IMG/VR virus record: IMGVR_UViG_3300031965_000078
Location: 1-40,536 of that record
DNA length: 40,536 bases
Direction: 5' to 3' (one strand)
From: a virus
Taxonomy: Duplodnaviria; Caudoviricetes
In this document: one piece after another, positions 1 through 9,206 of the stretch
How the letters are laid out: each line of letters starts with the position of its first letter
Position numbering within the stretch: the first letter of the stretch is position 1
Translations under genes and position numbers: made by a program
The notes under the pieces: model-generated
What the model was told of the DNA's origin: nothing
Databases searched by the model: none
What the model saw: only the letters and a program-made list of their open reading frames with translations

Positions 1-171
1 CACTTGCCGGACAAGGTGCGGGAAAAAGCGAAAGCCGCAGCCGCCGGGTGGGATTTCCAAGTTGTCATCCGTGAATACAACCGCTGGATACGCAAGAAGG
101 GGATCAAACCAGACGATCCGATTGCCCATTTTCTTGGTTTTTGCAAAAACAAGGGTAAGTCACCGCCATGA
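1..171 (+). CDS. C-terminal part of replication initiator (continues from 39970-40536 across the circular junction)
   Basis: Frame 1 reads HLPDKVREKAKAAAAGWDFQVVIREYNRWIRKKGIKPDDPIAHFLGFCKNKGKSPP*. This resembles the C-terminal 'A.GWD...W...P..P.A.FLGFC' segment of alphaproteobacterial RepA-type initiators and is in frame with the ORF at the window end. Confidence 0.75.
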   Translation, partial: HLPDKVREKAKAAAAGWDFQVVIREYNRWIRKKGIKPDDPIAHFLGFCKNKGKSPP

Positions 172-308
172 AACCATCCAATTTGCGCCAAGGATGCACG
201 GAGAGCGCAACAAAACAGTTTTTTGGTATCCCGGCAGGGGGAACCAAATTGAAACCACTCTACGGGCAAAAAAACAGCATTGTCGGAGGTGTTGAATATG
301 GAAGATAG
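168..308 (+). CDS. Small hypothetical protein (46 aa)
   Basis: ATGA overlap with the rep stop; MKPSNLRQG...EYGR*. Confidence 0.35.
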   Translation: MKPSNLRQGCTESATKQFFGIPAGGTKLKPLYGQKNSIVGGVEYGR

Positions 309-325
309 AAGGAATAAGGAAAAGA

Positions 326-541
326 ATGTTTAATGTTTCACGTGAAACATTCGAAGCCAACGCCGATCCAGCCAACATTGTTCCATTCGGCGGCGGAAAA
401 AAGAAGGTCCTTGGCGAAACAGGGGAGATCGGCACTGTGCGCTATCTGATCAAGGATGGGGCTGTGATGGGGGCCGATGAAACCGAAGATTTCCTTCGCA
501 AGAAGGAAGAAACCGAACGCCGGAACCGGGAACGGCTTTGA
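326..541 (+). CDS. Hypothetical protein
   Basis: ORF with TAAGGA RBS; parS lies within codons 3-8 (VSRET). Confidence 0.55.
   Translation: MFNVSRETFEANADPANIVPFGGGKKKVLGETGEIGTVRYLIKDGAVMGADETEDFLRKKEETERRNRERL
334..349. promoter_or_regulatory. parS: parS centromere-like site (chromosomal ParB consensus)
   Basis: Exact TGTTTCACGTGAAACA; the palindrome extends to 20 bp (332-351). Confidence 0.85.
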
Positions 542-573
542 TCCCGGAATTACACCAAAAGAAAGGAAAATCA

Positions 574-837
574 ATGTCTAAACTAATTCTGCCCGCCGCT
601 AATGGAAAATTCAAAATTCCGGCGGAACAGGCCGCCAACGCCGCCATGCAAGCGATTCGTGAGCATGCGGACGTGACCGATGTTCTGATTGTCACGGTGA
701 ACCGCCGCACCGGGGGGTTTAAAACCACCTTCTGGCCGCCAGAGCCAAACCGGGTGTACGAAGTCGCCCGGCGGGCATTCGAGCGTGTCCAAGAGGTTCT
801 GAAACGCCCGTGGCCCGGCGCAGGGGGCACGGCATGA
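574..837 (+). CDS. Hypothetical protein
   Basis: AAAGGA RBS before ATG 574; ATGA coupling to the next gene. Confidence 0.6.
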   Translation: MSKLILPAANGKFKIPAEQAANAAMQAIREHADVTDVLIVTVNRRTGGFKTTFWPPEPNRVYEVARRAFERVQEVLKRPWPGAGGTA

Positions 838-1178
838 AGCACCACAAATGCCAGTTCGTGGATTGCCAGCACGGGGCCAAATTCATCCCTGCCATTTGCG
901 TTCCGGCCACGGGATGGGCCATTGACGTACACAGGCCAATCAAGGTGATGATTGATCTAAAGCTTTGCGAATCATGCTTTTCCAAGCTTGATGTGAAGGA
1001 TTGGCTGGACGATACGATGTGCGGGATCGTCAACCGGGCAACCATGGGCCGCCAGCCGCCGGATTTTGAACGGGCCTTCTTCCAGCGCGTCCTTGTTTCC
1101 TCAAAAGAAGCCAGAGATTTCTTCCGCAACGCCGATGACGCGAAGCTGAACCACGCGGCACGGGGAACAGTGCAATGA
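834..1178 (+). CDS. Hypothetical Cys-containing (possible Zn-binding) protein
   Basis: CxxxxC and CxxC motifs; ATGA overlap. Confidence 0.6.
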   Translation: MKHHKCQFVDCQHGAKFIPAICVPATGWAIDVHRPIKVMIDLKLCESCFSKLDVKDWLDDTMCGIVNRATMGRQPPDFERAFFQRVLVSSKEARDFFRNADDAKLNHAARGTVQ

Positions 1179-1290
1179 CCACGCCAAGCTTGAATCACAT
1201 CAACAAGTCATTGAAACTCAAATGGAAATTGCCAATATTGAAGCGAAATTGAATAAAAACGTGGTATGATTCGCCACAAAGGGGATTGAT

Positions 1291-1875
1291 GTGGGCAAAC
1301 GTGGGCCAAAACCGAAAATCAAGGGTGCGCGGAAAAGGCGATTTAATAAGCACCAACCTGTTGATTTTTCACAGGAAGATGGCGCGCGTTGGACGGAAAA
1401 AATGGAGCTTTTTTGTCAAGAATACGCCGTGGATTTCAACGCATCACGCGCAGCCCGCGCCGCAGGGTATTCAGAAAAGACCGCCGGGGCAATCGGTTCT
1501 GACAATCTTACAAAGCCGGGAATCCAAAAACGCATACACGAAGTTTTGGAGGAACGCGCCGCCGCGTCCGCTGTAACCAAAGAACGAATCGTGCAGGAAT
1601 TGGCGCGGATCGCCTTTTCTGATCTGTCACAAATTTGCACGTTTGAAGATGGAAAGATGGTCATCAAGGACACAAGCAAGCTGGACAAGGATCAACGCCT
1701 TGCGCTGGCGCAGATGACACAAAAAACCGGGAACACATCGGAAAAATCCATCAAGCTGCACGACAAGGCGAAGGCATTGGAGTTGCTGGCCCGGCACCTG
1801 AATCTTTTCAAGGATGGAGAAGACGGAAAGTTTACCGGGGTTGTGTTCGTCACACCCGGCGAAGACAGGGTTTAA
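1291..1875 (+). CDS. terS: Terminase small subunit
   Basis: FCQEYAVDFNASRAARAAGYSEKTA...KLHDKAKALELLARHL, typical Terminase_2; upstream of TerL. Confidence 0.93.
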   Translation: MGKRGPKPKIKGARKRRFNKHQPVDFSQEDGARWTEKMELFCQEYAVDFNASRAARAAGYSEKTAGAIGSDNLTKPGIQKRIHEVLEERAAASAVTKERIVQELARIAFSDLSQICTFEDGKMVIKDTSKLDKDQRLALAQMTQKTGNTSEKSIKLHDKAKALELLARHLNLFKDGEDGKFTGVVFVTPGEDRV

Positions 1876-1878
1876 TGC

Positions 1879-3168
1879 GTGAGTTTTTTCAAGCCAACCA
1901 AAATCCAAGCCAAGGCACTGGATTTAATTATTTCCGGGGCTATGTTCATTTTGCTGTACGGCGGATCGCGTTCCGGCAAGACGTTCTATCTTGTGCGCGT
2001 GATCTTCCTTCGCGCCTTAAAATATGAGGGATCGCGCCACCTGATATGCCGCTTTCGTTTCAACCACGCCAAGGTTTCTCTGTGGCATGACACCATTCCC
2101 AAGGTGATGAAGCTTTTTCCGCACGTAAAAATAAAAATGAACAATGCGGACTGGTTCATATCTTTTCCCAACGGTTCCGAAATCTGGATTGCGGGTCTTG
2201 ATGACAAACAGCGCGTGGAAAAAATCCTTGGAAACGAATACCTCACCATCTACTTGAACGAAGGGTCACAAATATCATATGAAGCGTATACAACGGTATT
2301 AACACGCTTGGCGCAAAAGATCGCCGGAGCGCGGAACATGGTCTTTGTTGACTGCAACCCGCCAAGCAAAAAGCACTGGATTTATCAAATCTGGTTCATG
2401 TTTCGTGATCCTGAAAGCCGGATCAAGCTTCCAAATCCAGAAGATTACAAATCGCTTTTGATGAACCCAAAGGACAATTTGGATAACATTTCTGATTCCT
2501 ACATGAAGATTCTGGCCGGGCTTCCACCGCGCAAGCGCAAGCGTTTTGAGGAAGGGCAGTTCCTTGATGATATTGATGGCGCACTTTTCAAGGAAGCCGA
2601 CATTGACCGGGCGCGGGAAGACCGGGCGGATGATCTTGTCCAGATCGGCGTTGCGATTGATCCAGCGGTCACGGCAAACGAAAGATCGGATGAAACCGGA
2701 ATCATTGTCGGCGGCGTGGATGACCGCAAGCCGGATCATGGTTACGTGCTGGCGGATTTGTCCGGGAAATACTCGCCCGATGGGTGGGCACGGAAAGCGA
2801 TACAGGCTTATCATGATTTTGAAGCTGATTTCATCGTGGCCGAAGTGAACAACGGCGGCGACATGGTACGGCACACCATCCATTCGATTGATCCGAACAT
2901 CAAGGTTTATATGGTGCGGGCAACCAAGGGTAAGATGGTTCGGGCAGAACCGATATCATCCGTGTGCGAACAAGGCCGCCTTCACATGGTCGGCCATTTC
3001 GCGGAGTTGGAAGAACAGATGACCACATTCACGGGCAAGGACGGGGAAAAATCGCCGGATAGGCTGGATGCTTTAGTGTGGCTTTTCACCAAGCTTATGA
3101 TAAAATCCCAAAAAGAAATTGAAGAAGGCATTTCCACAACGGGAGGGGCCTACTACATTCCTTCATAA
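1879..3168 (+). CDS. terL: Terminase large subunit
   Basis: Walker A GGSRSGKT, Walker B-like IYLNE, DCNP coupling motif, nuclease residues AIDPA and DRLDA. Confidence 0.95.
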   Translation: MSFFKPTKIQAKALDLIISGAMFILLYGGSRSGKTFYLVRVIFLRALKYEGSRHLICRFRFNHAKVSLWHDTIPKVMKLFPHVKIKMNNADWFISFPNGSEIWIAGLDDKQRVEKILGNEYLTIYLNEGSQISYEAYTTVLTRLAQKIAGARNMVFVDCNPPSKKHWIYQIWFMFRDPESRIKLPNPEDYKSLLMNPKDNLDNISDSYMKILAGLPPRKRKRFEEGQFLDDIDGALFKEADIDRAREDRADDLVQIGVAIDPAVTANERSDETGIIVGGVDDRKPDHGYVLADLSGKYSPDGWARKAIQAYHDFEADFIVAEVNNGGDMVRHTIHSIDPNIKVYMVRATKGKMVRAEPISSVCEQGRLHMVGHFAELEEQMTTFTGKDGEKSPDRLDALVWLFTKLMIKSQKEIEEGISTTGGAYYIPS

Positions 3169-3180
3169 AAAGGGGCAATC

Positions 3181-4566
3181 ATGGCAAACGAAAAAAAAGA
3201 TAATCCCACGGGCGCACATGCTGAATTGGGTGTGTCCAGCTTCCGTCATTCTTCTGGCTACATCCATGATGAATTTCAGCGCGAATTGGTTGGACTTCGG
3301 GGCCGCCGCAAATACCGCGAAATGCGGGATTCCGATCCCACCATCGGGGCCATGCTTTTTGCTATCACAAGCATTGTCCGTACAGCGTCATGGGATTTTG
3401 ACGCGGCGGAAGGCGATACGGAAGGTAAATACTCTGAATGGCTTGAAGACACCCTAACCAACATGCCCGGCATGACGTGGGATGACGTGATTTCGGATGC
3501 GCTGAACATGATTCCTTTTGGTTTTGCGATTCAAGAAATCGTGACCATGCCAAAAAAGGATGGAACGATTGGCCTTAGAAAGCTTGCGCCCCGCCGACAA
3601 GATACCGTGGTGCGATTCGATCTTGACTCGCACGGGGAATTGCTTGGCGTGTGGCAGACCGCGCCGAACGGTGCCGCCGGGGATATATACATTCCGGCAT
3701 TCAAGCTTGTTCACTACCGCATGGATTATAACAGCGGAAACCCGGAAGGCCGCAGCCTGATCCGTAACGCCTATAAACCGTACCACTTCATCAACACAAT
3801 TTCGGTTCAGGAAGCAATCGGGGTGGAGCGTGATCTTTCCGGCCTTCCGGTCATTAAGGCACCATCCGGTTATTTGCAGGTAGCCGCCAACCGCGCCGCC
3901 ATGGAGCGCATTGCCCGTGATTTGAAATTTAACGATCAAGGCGGCCTTGTCCTGCCCTCCGATGTCTATCTTGACAGCGAAGGGCGGAAAACCAACGTGC
4001 CGCAATTTGAAATCCAGCTTGTTTCCTCGGAAAGTTCTGGCGGGCGCATTGACACGGACAGAATCATCCAACGGCATGTGCGCCAGATGGCCGCCACGAT
4101 TCTTGCCCAATTCATCACGCTTGGCGATGGCAAGGGGTCATATGCCTTGTCCGAAAACCAGACCGATCTTTTCTTGAAGGCGATTGAAAGCATTTTAGAA
4201 TGCATCACGCAAACGCTGGAACGCCAGTTGATCCCCCTGCTTTGGACAATCAACAGCTTCCCGGAAGACATGATGCCTTGTGTACGGCCCGGAAAGATCG
4301 CGCCGGAAGATTTGCAAGTTTTCGGAGATTTCATCCAGAAAGTTTCCGGCGCGGGTATCCCGCTTAATGACCGGGCAACGGAAGAATTTATCCGCGACAA
4401 GGCCGGATTCCCGCCGCCGCCGGAAGAAGACGATCTTTTGCGCGAAGTGTCCGATCCGCCGGATGACGATCCCGAAGACACCCCGGCGGATGATCCTAAG
4501 CCGGAAGACGTGGAAGCGGCCAAGGGGTTCATGGCCGCACTAAAAAAGCTGGTTGGGAAAAAGTGA
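3181..4566 (+). CDS. Portal protein (DUF935/Mu gp29-like)
   Basis: Follows TerL; 461 aa; NPEGRSL.R.AYKPY and GSYALSE motifs. Confidence 0.88.
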   Translation: MANEKKDNPTGAHAELGVSSFRHSSGYIHDEFQRELVGLRGRRKYREMRDSDPTIGAMLFAITSIVRTASWDFDAAEGDTEGKYSEWLEDTLTNMPGMTWDDVISDALNMIPFGFAIQEIVTMPKKDGTIGLRKLAPRRQDTVVRFDLDSHGELLGVWQTAPNGAAGDIYIPAFKLVHYRMDYNSGNPEGRSLIRNAYKPYHFINTISVQEAIGVERDLSGLPVIKAPSGYLQVAANRAAMERIARDLKFNDQGGLVLPSDVYLDSEGRKTNVPQFEIQLVSSESSGGRIDTDRIIQRHVRQMAATILAQFITLGDGKGSYALSENQTDLFLKAIESILECITQTLERQLIPLLWTINSFPEDMMPCVRPGKIAPEDLQVFGDFIQKVSGAGIPLNDRATEEFIRDKAGFPPPPEEDDLLREVSDPPDDDPEDTPADDPKPEDVEAAKGFMAALKKLVGKK

Positions 4567-5552
4567 AAACACGCGGTGAACAGCTTGCCGAATTTGAACG
4601 CCTTCTTTCGGATTGGGATGGAAAGATTGCCCGCGCATTTCTTGAAGGTATCAGGGTTGTTCAGTCTGAATTAAAGCTGGCGCAAATTGAACGTGCCTTG
4701 CGGGAGAACAGCCCGAACAACGCCATTGATATCCTTGCCCGCGCCGTGCGGGATGCCGGGTTTCTTTCTTTTTCGCGCACCCTGACAGATGCCATGATCG
4801 CCGGGGGCGATTACGCCGCCCGGATTGCATCCGCCAACCGTATTGAATTTGGCTTCGGTGTCACGGAAAGCAATACCGCCAGATTCATGGAACAGTACCG
4901 CGCCGGGAAGATCGTTCAGATCAACCGCGAAATGCGCGATGTGATTTCGCAGATTGTTTTCAGGAACGCCGGGTCCGGCGTAAACCCGGTGGATACCGCC
5001 CGCGCCGTGCGGGCCAATATCGGTCTGACCGCATACCAAGAAGGGCATGTTGCCAATTACCGCCGATTTCTGGAAGAATTGCCCAAACGCCGCGCCGCCG
5101 AATCTGCCCTGAATGAATACACTTTGCGCGACAAGAGATTTGACCGCAGCATGATCCGCGCCATAGAGGAAAGCAAACCACTTCCCAAGGCACAGCTTGA
5201 TAAAATGGAAGCCGCATACCGCCGCCGCTACCTGATCCGGCGAAGCGAAAACATAGCCCGCACCGAGTCGCAAACGATGTTACAAACCGGGCAAAAAGAA
5301 TACTGGCGACAAATGACGGATGCCGGGATTGCGCTGGAAACAGAGATAAAAAGGAAATGGATTGTCACGCGGGATTCCCGCCTTCGGCATTCCCACGCGC
5401 AAATCCCGGCCCTGAACCCGGATGGGGTGGGTCTGGAAGAACCTTTCAAATCGCCGCTTGGTCTGATAAGATACCCCGGTGATCCGAACGCCAGCGCGGC
5501 AAACAGGATCAATTGTCGATGCCATGTTTTTGTGCGGATTGATCGGGAATAA
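4563..5552 (+). CDS. Minor head protein (Mu gpF / SPP1 gp7 family)
   Basis: IARTE...KRKW...D.R.RHSH...PGDP...INCRC. Confidence 0.9.
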   Translation: MKTRGEQLAEFERLLSDWDGKIARAFLEGIRVVQSELKLAQIERALRENSPNNAIDILARAVRDAGFLSFSRTLTDAMIAGGDYAARIASANRIEFGFGVTESNTARFMEQYRAGKIVQINREMRDVISQIVFRNAGSGVNPVDTARAVRANIGLTAYQEGHVANYRRFLEELPKRRAAESALNEYTLRDKRFDRSMIRAIEESKPLPKAQLDKMEAAYRRRYLIRRSENIARTESQTMLQTGQKEYWRQMTDAGIALETEIKRKWIVTRDSRLRHSHAQIPALNPDGVGLEEPFKSPLGLIRYPGDPNASAANRINCRCHVFVRIDRE

Positions 5553-5555
5553 AAA

Positions 5556-5954
5556 ATGACTGACGTTCATTTTAACGCTGAAATCTCAAAGCTGAACGAA
5601 GACAAACAGATTGTCTATGGATGGGCCAGTGTTATTGAAGATGGCGGTAAACCCGTGGTGGATAGCCAAGGCGATGTGATTTCGGTTGACGATCTCACAA
5701 AGGCCGCGCATAATTTCATAAGCACATGCCGGGCCGCAAAGGCCCTGCACGATGGGGAACAGATCGGGGAATTTGTTGAAAGCCTTGTTTTCACGCACGA
5801 TATACAGAAATCTTTGGGCATTGACCTTGGTAAAGTCGGCTGGTTTGTCGGCTTCAAGGTCAACGATCCGGAAGTCTGGAAGGGCGTGAAGGCGGGAAGG
5901 TTCAAGATGCTTTCCATCGGGGGCAGCGGGAAAAGAGTTGACAATGGCACATAA
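5556..5954 (+). CDS. XkdF-like prohead serine protease
   Basis: IVYGWASV, DSQGD, LH.GE.IG.FVES, W.GVK.G.F.MLSIGG. Confidence 0.85.
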   Translation: MTDVHFNAEISKLNEDKQIVYGWASVIEDGGKPVVDSQGDVISVDDLTKAAHNFISTCRAAKALHDGEQIGEFVESLVFTHDIQKSLGIDLGKVGWFVGFKVNDPEVWKGVKAGRFKMLSIGGSGKRVDNGT

Positions 5955-6618
5955 ATTGACAGAAATTAAACTCAATGAAGTTTCCTTGGTTCCTATAGGG
6001 GCCAATCCGGGGGCACATATCACGCTTATCAAAGCAAAGGGGATCGGAAAAATGGCCGAAGAAATTCTGAAACAACAGCTTACAGAAGCAAACGCGAAGC
6101 TGGAAACACTCACCAAGAAGAACGCGAATCTTGAAGCGGAAAACGAAAAGCTGAAAAAAGATACGGAGTCGGTCAAGAAGGCCGCCGATGAAGCCCACGC
6201 CGCTGAAATCAAAAAGCGCGAAGACGAAATCACGAAGCTGAAAGCGGACGCGGAAGACGCGGCCCTGAAATCCGAGGTGGAAAAATCCTTCCCCAACACG
6301 CCGGGCACGGTTGACGAAAAAGTTAAAACCCTGAAAGCCCTTCGCAAAATGGAAGACAAGGACGCGGCGGCAACGCTGGAAAAGTCTATGAAGGAAAACG
6401 AAGAACGCCTTGCAAAGCTGGCCAAAGAAACCGGGCATACCGGGGGCGATGGGAATGGCGCGGGCACAGCTTCCGACAAGCTGGAAAAAATGGCGCACGA
6501 TATCGCCAAGGAACAAAAAACTACATACGAACAGGGCTTTTCCAAGGCGATTGACACGCCCGAAGGCCGCAAGCTGTACGTAGAAATGCGTGGGGAACAA
6601 GGCCAGAAAGGGGAATAA
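5944..6618 (+). CDS. Scaffold protein with N-terminal protease-like EVSLV..AN segment
   Basis: Coiled-coil Lys/Glu-rich body; lies between protease and decoration genes; possible internal start at 6052. Confidence 0.7.
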   Translation: MAHKLTEIKLNEVSLVPIGANPGAHITLIKAKGIGKMAEEILKQQLTEANAKLETLTKKNANLEAENEKLKKDTESVKKAADEAHAAEIKKREDEITKLKADAEDAALKSEVEKSFPNTPGTVDEKVKTLKALRKMEDKDAAATLEKSMKENEERLAKLAKETGHTGGDGNGAGTASDKLEKMAHDIAKEQKTTYEQGFSKAIDTPEGRKLYVEMRGEQGQKGE

Positions 6619-6620
6619 CC

Positions 6621-6998
6621 ATGGCAAAAGATGAATCGGTTAAACTGGTTACACTTCCGGCGGATGCAGACCTTTCCGCCAAACAATACCTTGTTGGCAA
6701 GCTTGCAAACTCATCGGGTGTTGCGCGGGTTGCTGTGTGCGGCGATGGTGAAAATGGTATTGGTTCCATCTACGAAGGCGCGGCTACAGCGGGTGATCCC
6801 TCTGCAATCGCCGTTAGCGGTATCGTCAAACTGACCGCCGGGGCCACCATGGCAACCGCTGGAATCGCGGTTGCATGCGGCGCGAACGGGAAGATCAATG
6901 CCGTTGGAACCGGGGATTACGTCCTTGGCTATCTGCTTAACTCCGCCGTTGATGGCGATGTGGTGGATGTGCTGTGGGCACCACAAGGCACTGCATAA
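6621..6998 (+). CDS. Capsid decoration/cement protein
   Basis: Small Gly/Ala-rich beta protein immediately before the MCP. Confidence 0.7.
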   Translation: MAKDESVKLVTLPADADLSAKQYLVGKLANSSGVARVAVCGDGENGIGSIYEGAATAGDPSAIAVSGIVKLTAGATMATAGIAVACGANGKINAVGTGDYVLGYLLNSAVDGDVVDVLWAPQGTA

Positions 6999-7023
6999 TA
7001 GTCAGGGAAAGGGGTAAAAAACC

Positions 7024-8016
7024 ATGACGAAACCGACACGATCACAAGTACACGCGGACAAACCGCTAACGAATATGTCCGTGGCTTACGTTCAAAAACA
7101 AGATGGGTTCGTGGCGGATAAGGTTTTCCCCATCGTTCCAGTGGAACACCAATCGGACACGTATTATGTGTTCAATATGGGTGATTTCAACCGCGATGAA
7201 GCGAAAGACCGGGCACCGGGCACGGAATCGGCTGGCGGCGGGTTCAGCCTGACTACGACCACCTATACATGCAAGGTCAAGGCGTTCCACAAGGATTTGC
7301 CGTGGCAGCACCTGAACAATCAAGATCAATCTGTCAATCTGGAACGCGCAGCGGTGGAGTTTGTCACCAACAAAATGCTGATTGCGAAGGAAAACCAGTG
7401 GATGTCCAGCTTCTTCGCTGCATCCGTTTGGACTTCGGATTGGGATGGTGTCGCTTCTTCCCCAAACGGCACAAGCACGTTCTATCAGTGGTCGGATTAC
7501 ACAAACTCCAACCCCGTTCAGGATTTGGAATTGGCAAGCCTGACCATTCTGCAACGCAGCGGATACCGCCCGAACAAGCTTGTTCTTGGCGCAGAGGTCT
7601 ATTCCAAACTGAAAAACCACCCGGATATCATTGAAAGGATTTCCGGAGGTGCCACGAACGCGGCCCCGGCAAAGGTCACGCGCCAGCTTATGGCGAACAT
7701 CTTTGAAGTTGATGAAGTCGTTGTTGCCGAAGCAATCCAGAACACGGCGAAGGAAGGCCAAACAGCTTCCCATTCGTTCATTTCTGGCAAGAAGGCGTTG
7801 CTGGTTTATGCCGCGCCCTCGCCTTCGCTGTTCTCGCCTTCGGCTGGATACACGTTTAGCTGGTCAAGCTACATCGGCGGTTCCGAAATGGGAATCGGCA
7901 TGGATCGCTTTGAAATGCGCCACCTAAAATCTGACCGTGTGGAAGGTGAAATTGGTTTTTCCCAAAAAGCCACCGCCGCCGATCTTGGTGTATTCTTCGA
8001 TACGATTGTAGCCTGA
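7024..8016 (+). CDS. Major capsid protein
   Basis: D.PLTN.SVAY.Q...FVADKVFP.VPV; PNKLVLG.EVY..LK.HP (lambda E-like MCP). Confidence 0.9.
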   Translation: MTKPTRSQVHADKPLTNMSVAYVQKQDGFVADKVFPIVPVEHQSDTYYVFNMGDFNRDEAKDRAPGTESAGGGFSLTTTTYTCKVKAFHKDLPWQHLNNQDQSVNLERAAVEFVTNKMLIAKENQWMSSFFAASVWTSDWDGVASSPNGTSTFYQWSDYTNSNPVQDLELASLTILQRSGYRPNKLVLGAEVYSKLKNHPDIIERISGGATNAAPAKVTRQLMANIFEVDEVVVAEAIQNTAKEGQTASHSFISGKKALLVYAAPSPSLFSPSAGYTFSWSSYIGGSEMGIGMDRFEMRHLKSDRVEGEIGFSQKATAADLGVFFDTIVA

Positions 8017-8045
8017 TCGGGCAGGATTCTTGTTGATGGAAAGCG

Positions 8046-8083
8046 AAGAAACCCCCGGTGTTGCAATTCCAGGGGTTTCTTTT
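8046..8083 (+). terminator. Rho-independent terminator after MCP
   Basis: AAGAAACCCC / GGGGTTTCTT stem ending in a T run. Confidence 0.65.
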
Positions 8084-8104
8084 ATATACTGGAATGGAAA
8101 TGGA

Positions 8105-8632
8105 ATGCCCATGAAACCACGATACAGTTCTTTGTTCCTAAACCGCGTTTTGCGCGTCACGGAAGACCTTGAATTTCAGGGGCATACATTCAAGGAAGGT
8201 GATGTTTTTGATTGGGCCAAGCTTGGGATTAAGAGGTATTACGTGCGAAAGCTTTTCGCGCTGAAAAAGGTTCGCCATTATTGGGAGGATCAAGGCACAC
8301 GATATCCTTTCCGGGCTATGCCAGACCTTAAACTTCCGGACAGCCAGCGCGTGACCAACGGGCACCCTCGAAATTCGGAAGAAGCCAAGGAAGATGGCGG
8401 CGGCGCACCGGGCGCACAAAACACGCAGATTCCCGCAGCGGGATCACAGGAAATCCAGCCGGGCGCATATGCTGGCGGGATGGAGTTGGACAGGCCGGAA
8501 ACGATTTCGGATCATGGGGGGGAAGAAGCGGAACACAGTTCCGATAATACAAACGAACAACCCAAACAAAGCGAAGAAAAATCAAGTGGAAAGCCAGCAA
8601 ACTTTACCCGAAAAAAGCGGGGTCGCAGATAA
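8105..8632 (+). CDS. Hypothetical protein (folded N-terminus, disordered acidic C-terminus)
   Basis: ORF after the MCP terminator; start uncertain (8105 or 8111). Confidence 0.65.
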   Translation: MPMKPRYSSLFLNRVLRVTEDLEFQGHTFKEGDVFDWAKLGIKRYYVRKLFALKKVRHYWEDQGTRYPFRAMPDLKLPDSQRVTNGHPRNSEEAKEDGGGAPGAQNTQIPAAGSQEIQPGAYAGGMELDRPETISDHGGEEAEHSSDNTNEQPKQSEEKSSGKPANFTRKKRGRR

Positions 8633-9206
8633 CCCAATTGCATATGTGATCGGCGGCGGCCCTTCCCTGAAAGGGTTTGATTTTGAGGGATTGCGGGGCC
8701 GCCCGTGCTTCGCAGCCAACAAGGGAGCGTTCTTCACCCCTTGGGGCTTCCTGATCTCAATGGATCGGGATTTTTGCGCCAACTACGAAAAAGAAATTGC
8801 GGAATTTAGTGATCGCGCATTCCTCGCGCCGCCCGCGCCGTACATCGGCAAGATACCGGATGCGCGGTATTTTGTGCGCTCAAAGGGCGGGGAATTGTTT
8901 GGGCCGCCGGAAGCTCTGCCCGGCCTGTCCAGCGGCTTCACCGCCTTTGCCGTTGCCGCCCGGCACGGCTTCAAGCGCATAGCCTTGATGGGGATAGACA
9001 TGATCCCGAAACAGGGCCATTTCCATGATGGGTATGCCCACCTTCCCCCCGGCGTGGATGGTATCAACAAACAGTGGATTCGCGCCTTTGATGAATCGGC
9101 CAAGGAATGCGAAAAGCACGGGATAGAGGTGCGGAATTTCAGCCCGTACAGCGCGGTTACAGGCTTCCCCCGGCATGACAGGGAAGACGTGTGGAAATGG
9201 GTCTGA
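8586..9206 (+). CDS. DUF115/Maf/MptE-like (sialyltransferase-fold) putative glycosyltransferase
   Basis: VIGGGPSL, AAN, SSG..A...A...GFKRIAL.G.DM, HFH motifs; start uncertain. Confidence 0.7.
   Translation: MESQQTLPEKSGVADNPIAYVIGGGPSLKGFDFEGLRGRPCFAANKGAFFTPWGFLISMDRDFCANYEKEIAEFSDRAFLAPPAPYIGKIPDARYFVRSKGGELFGPPEALPGLSSGFTAFAVAARHGFKRIALMGIDMIPKQGHFHDGYAHLPPGVDGINKQWIRAFDESAKECEKHGIEVRNFSPYSAVTGFPRHDREDVWKWV

Noticed and set aside
5586-6686. Long antisense ORFs (for example 5586-6686, 30089-30937, 36314-37015)
   Set aside because: They are shadows of well-supported genes on the opposite strand, with no recognisable motifs.
8608-8620. A AAA AAG slippery site that might fuse the 8105 ORF to the Maf-like gene
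   Set aside because: The downstream gene is in the +1 frame; the -1 frame stops after ~10 codons.
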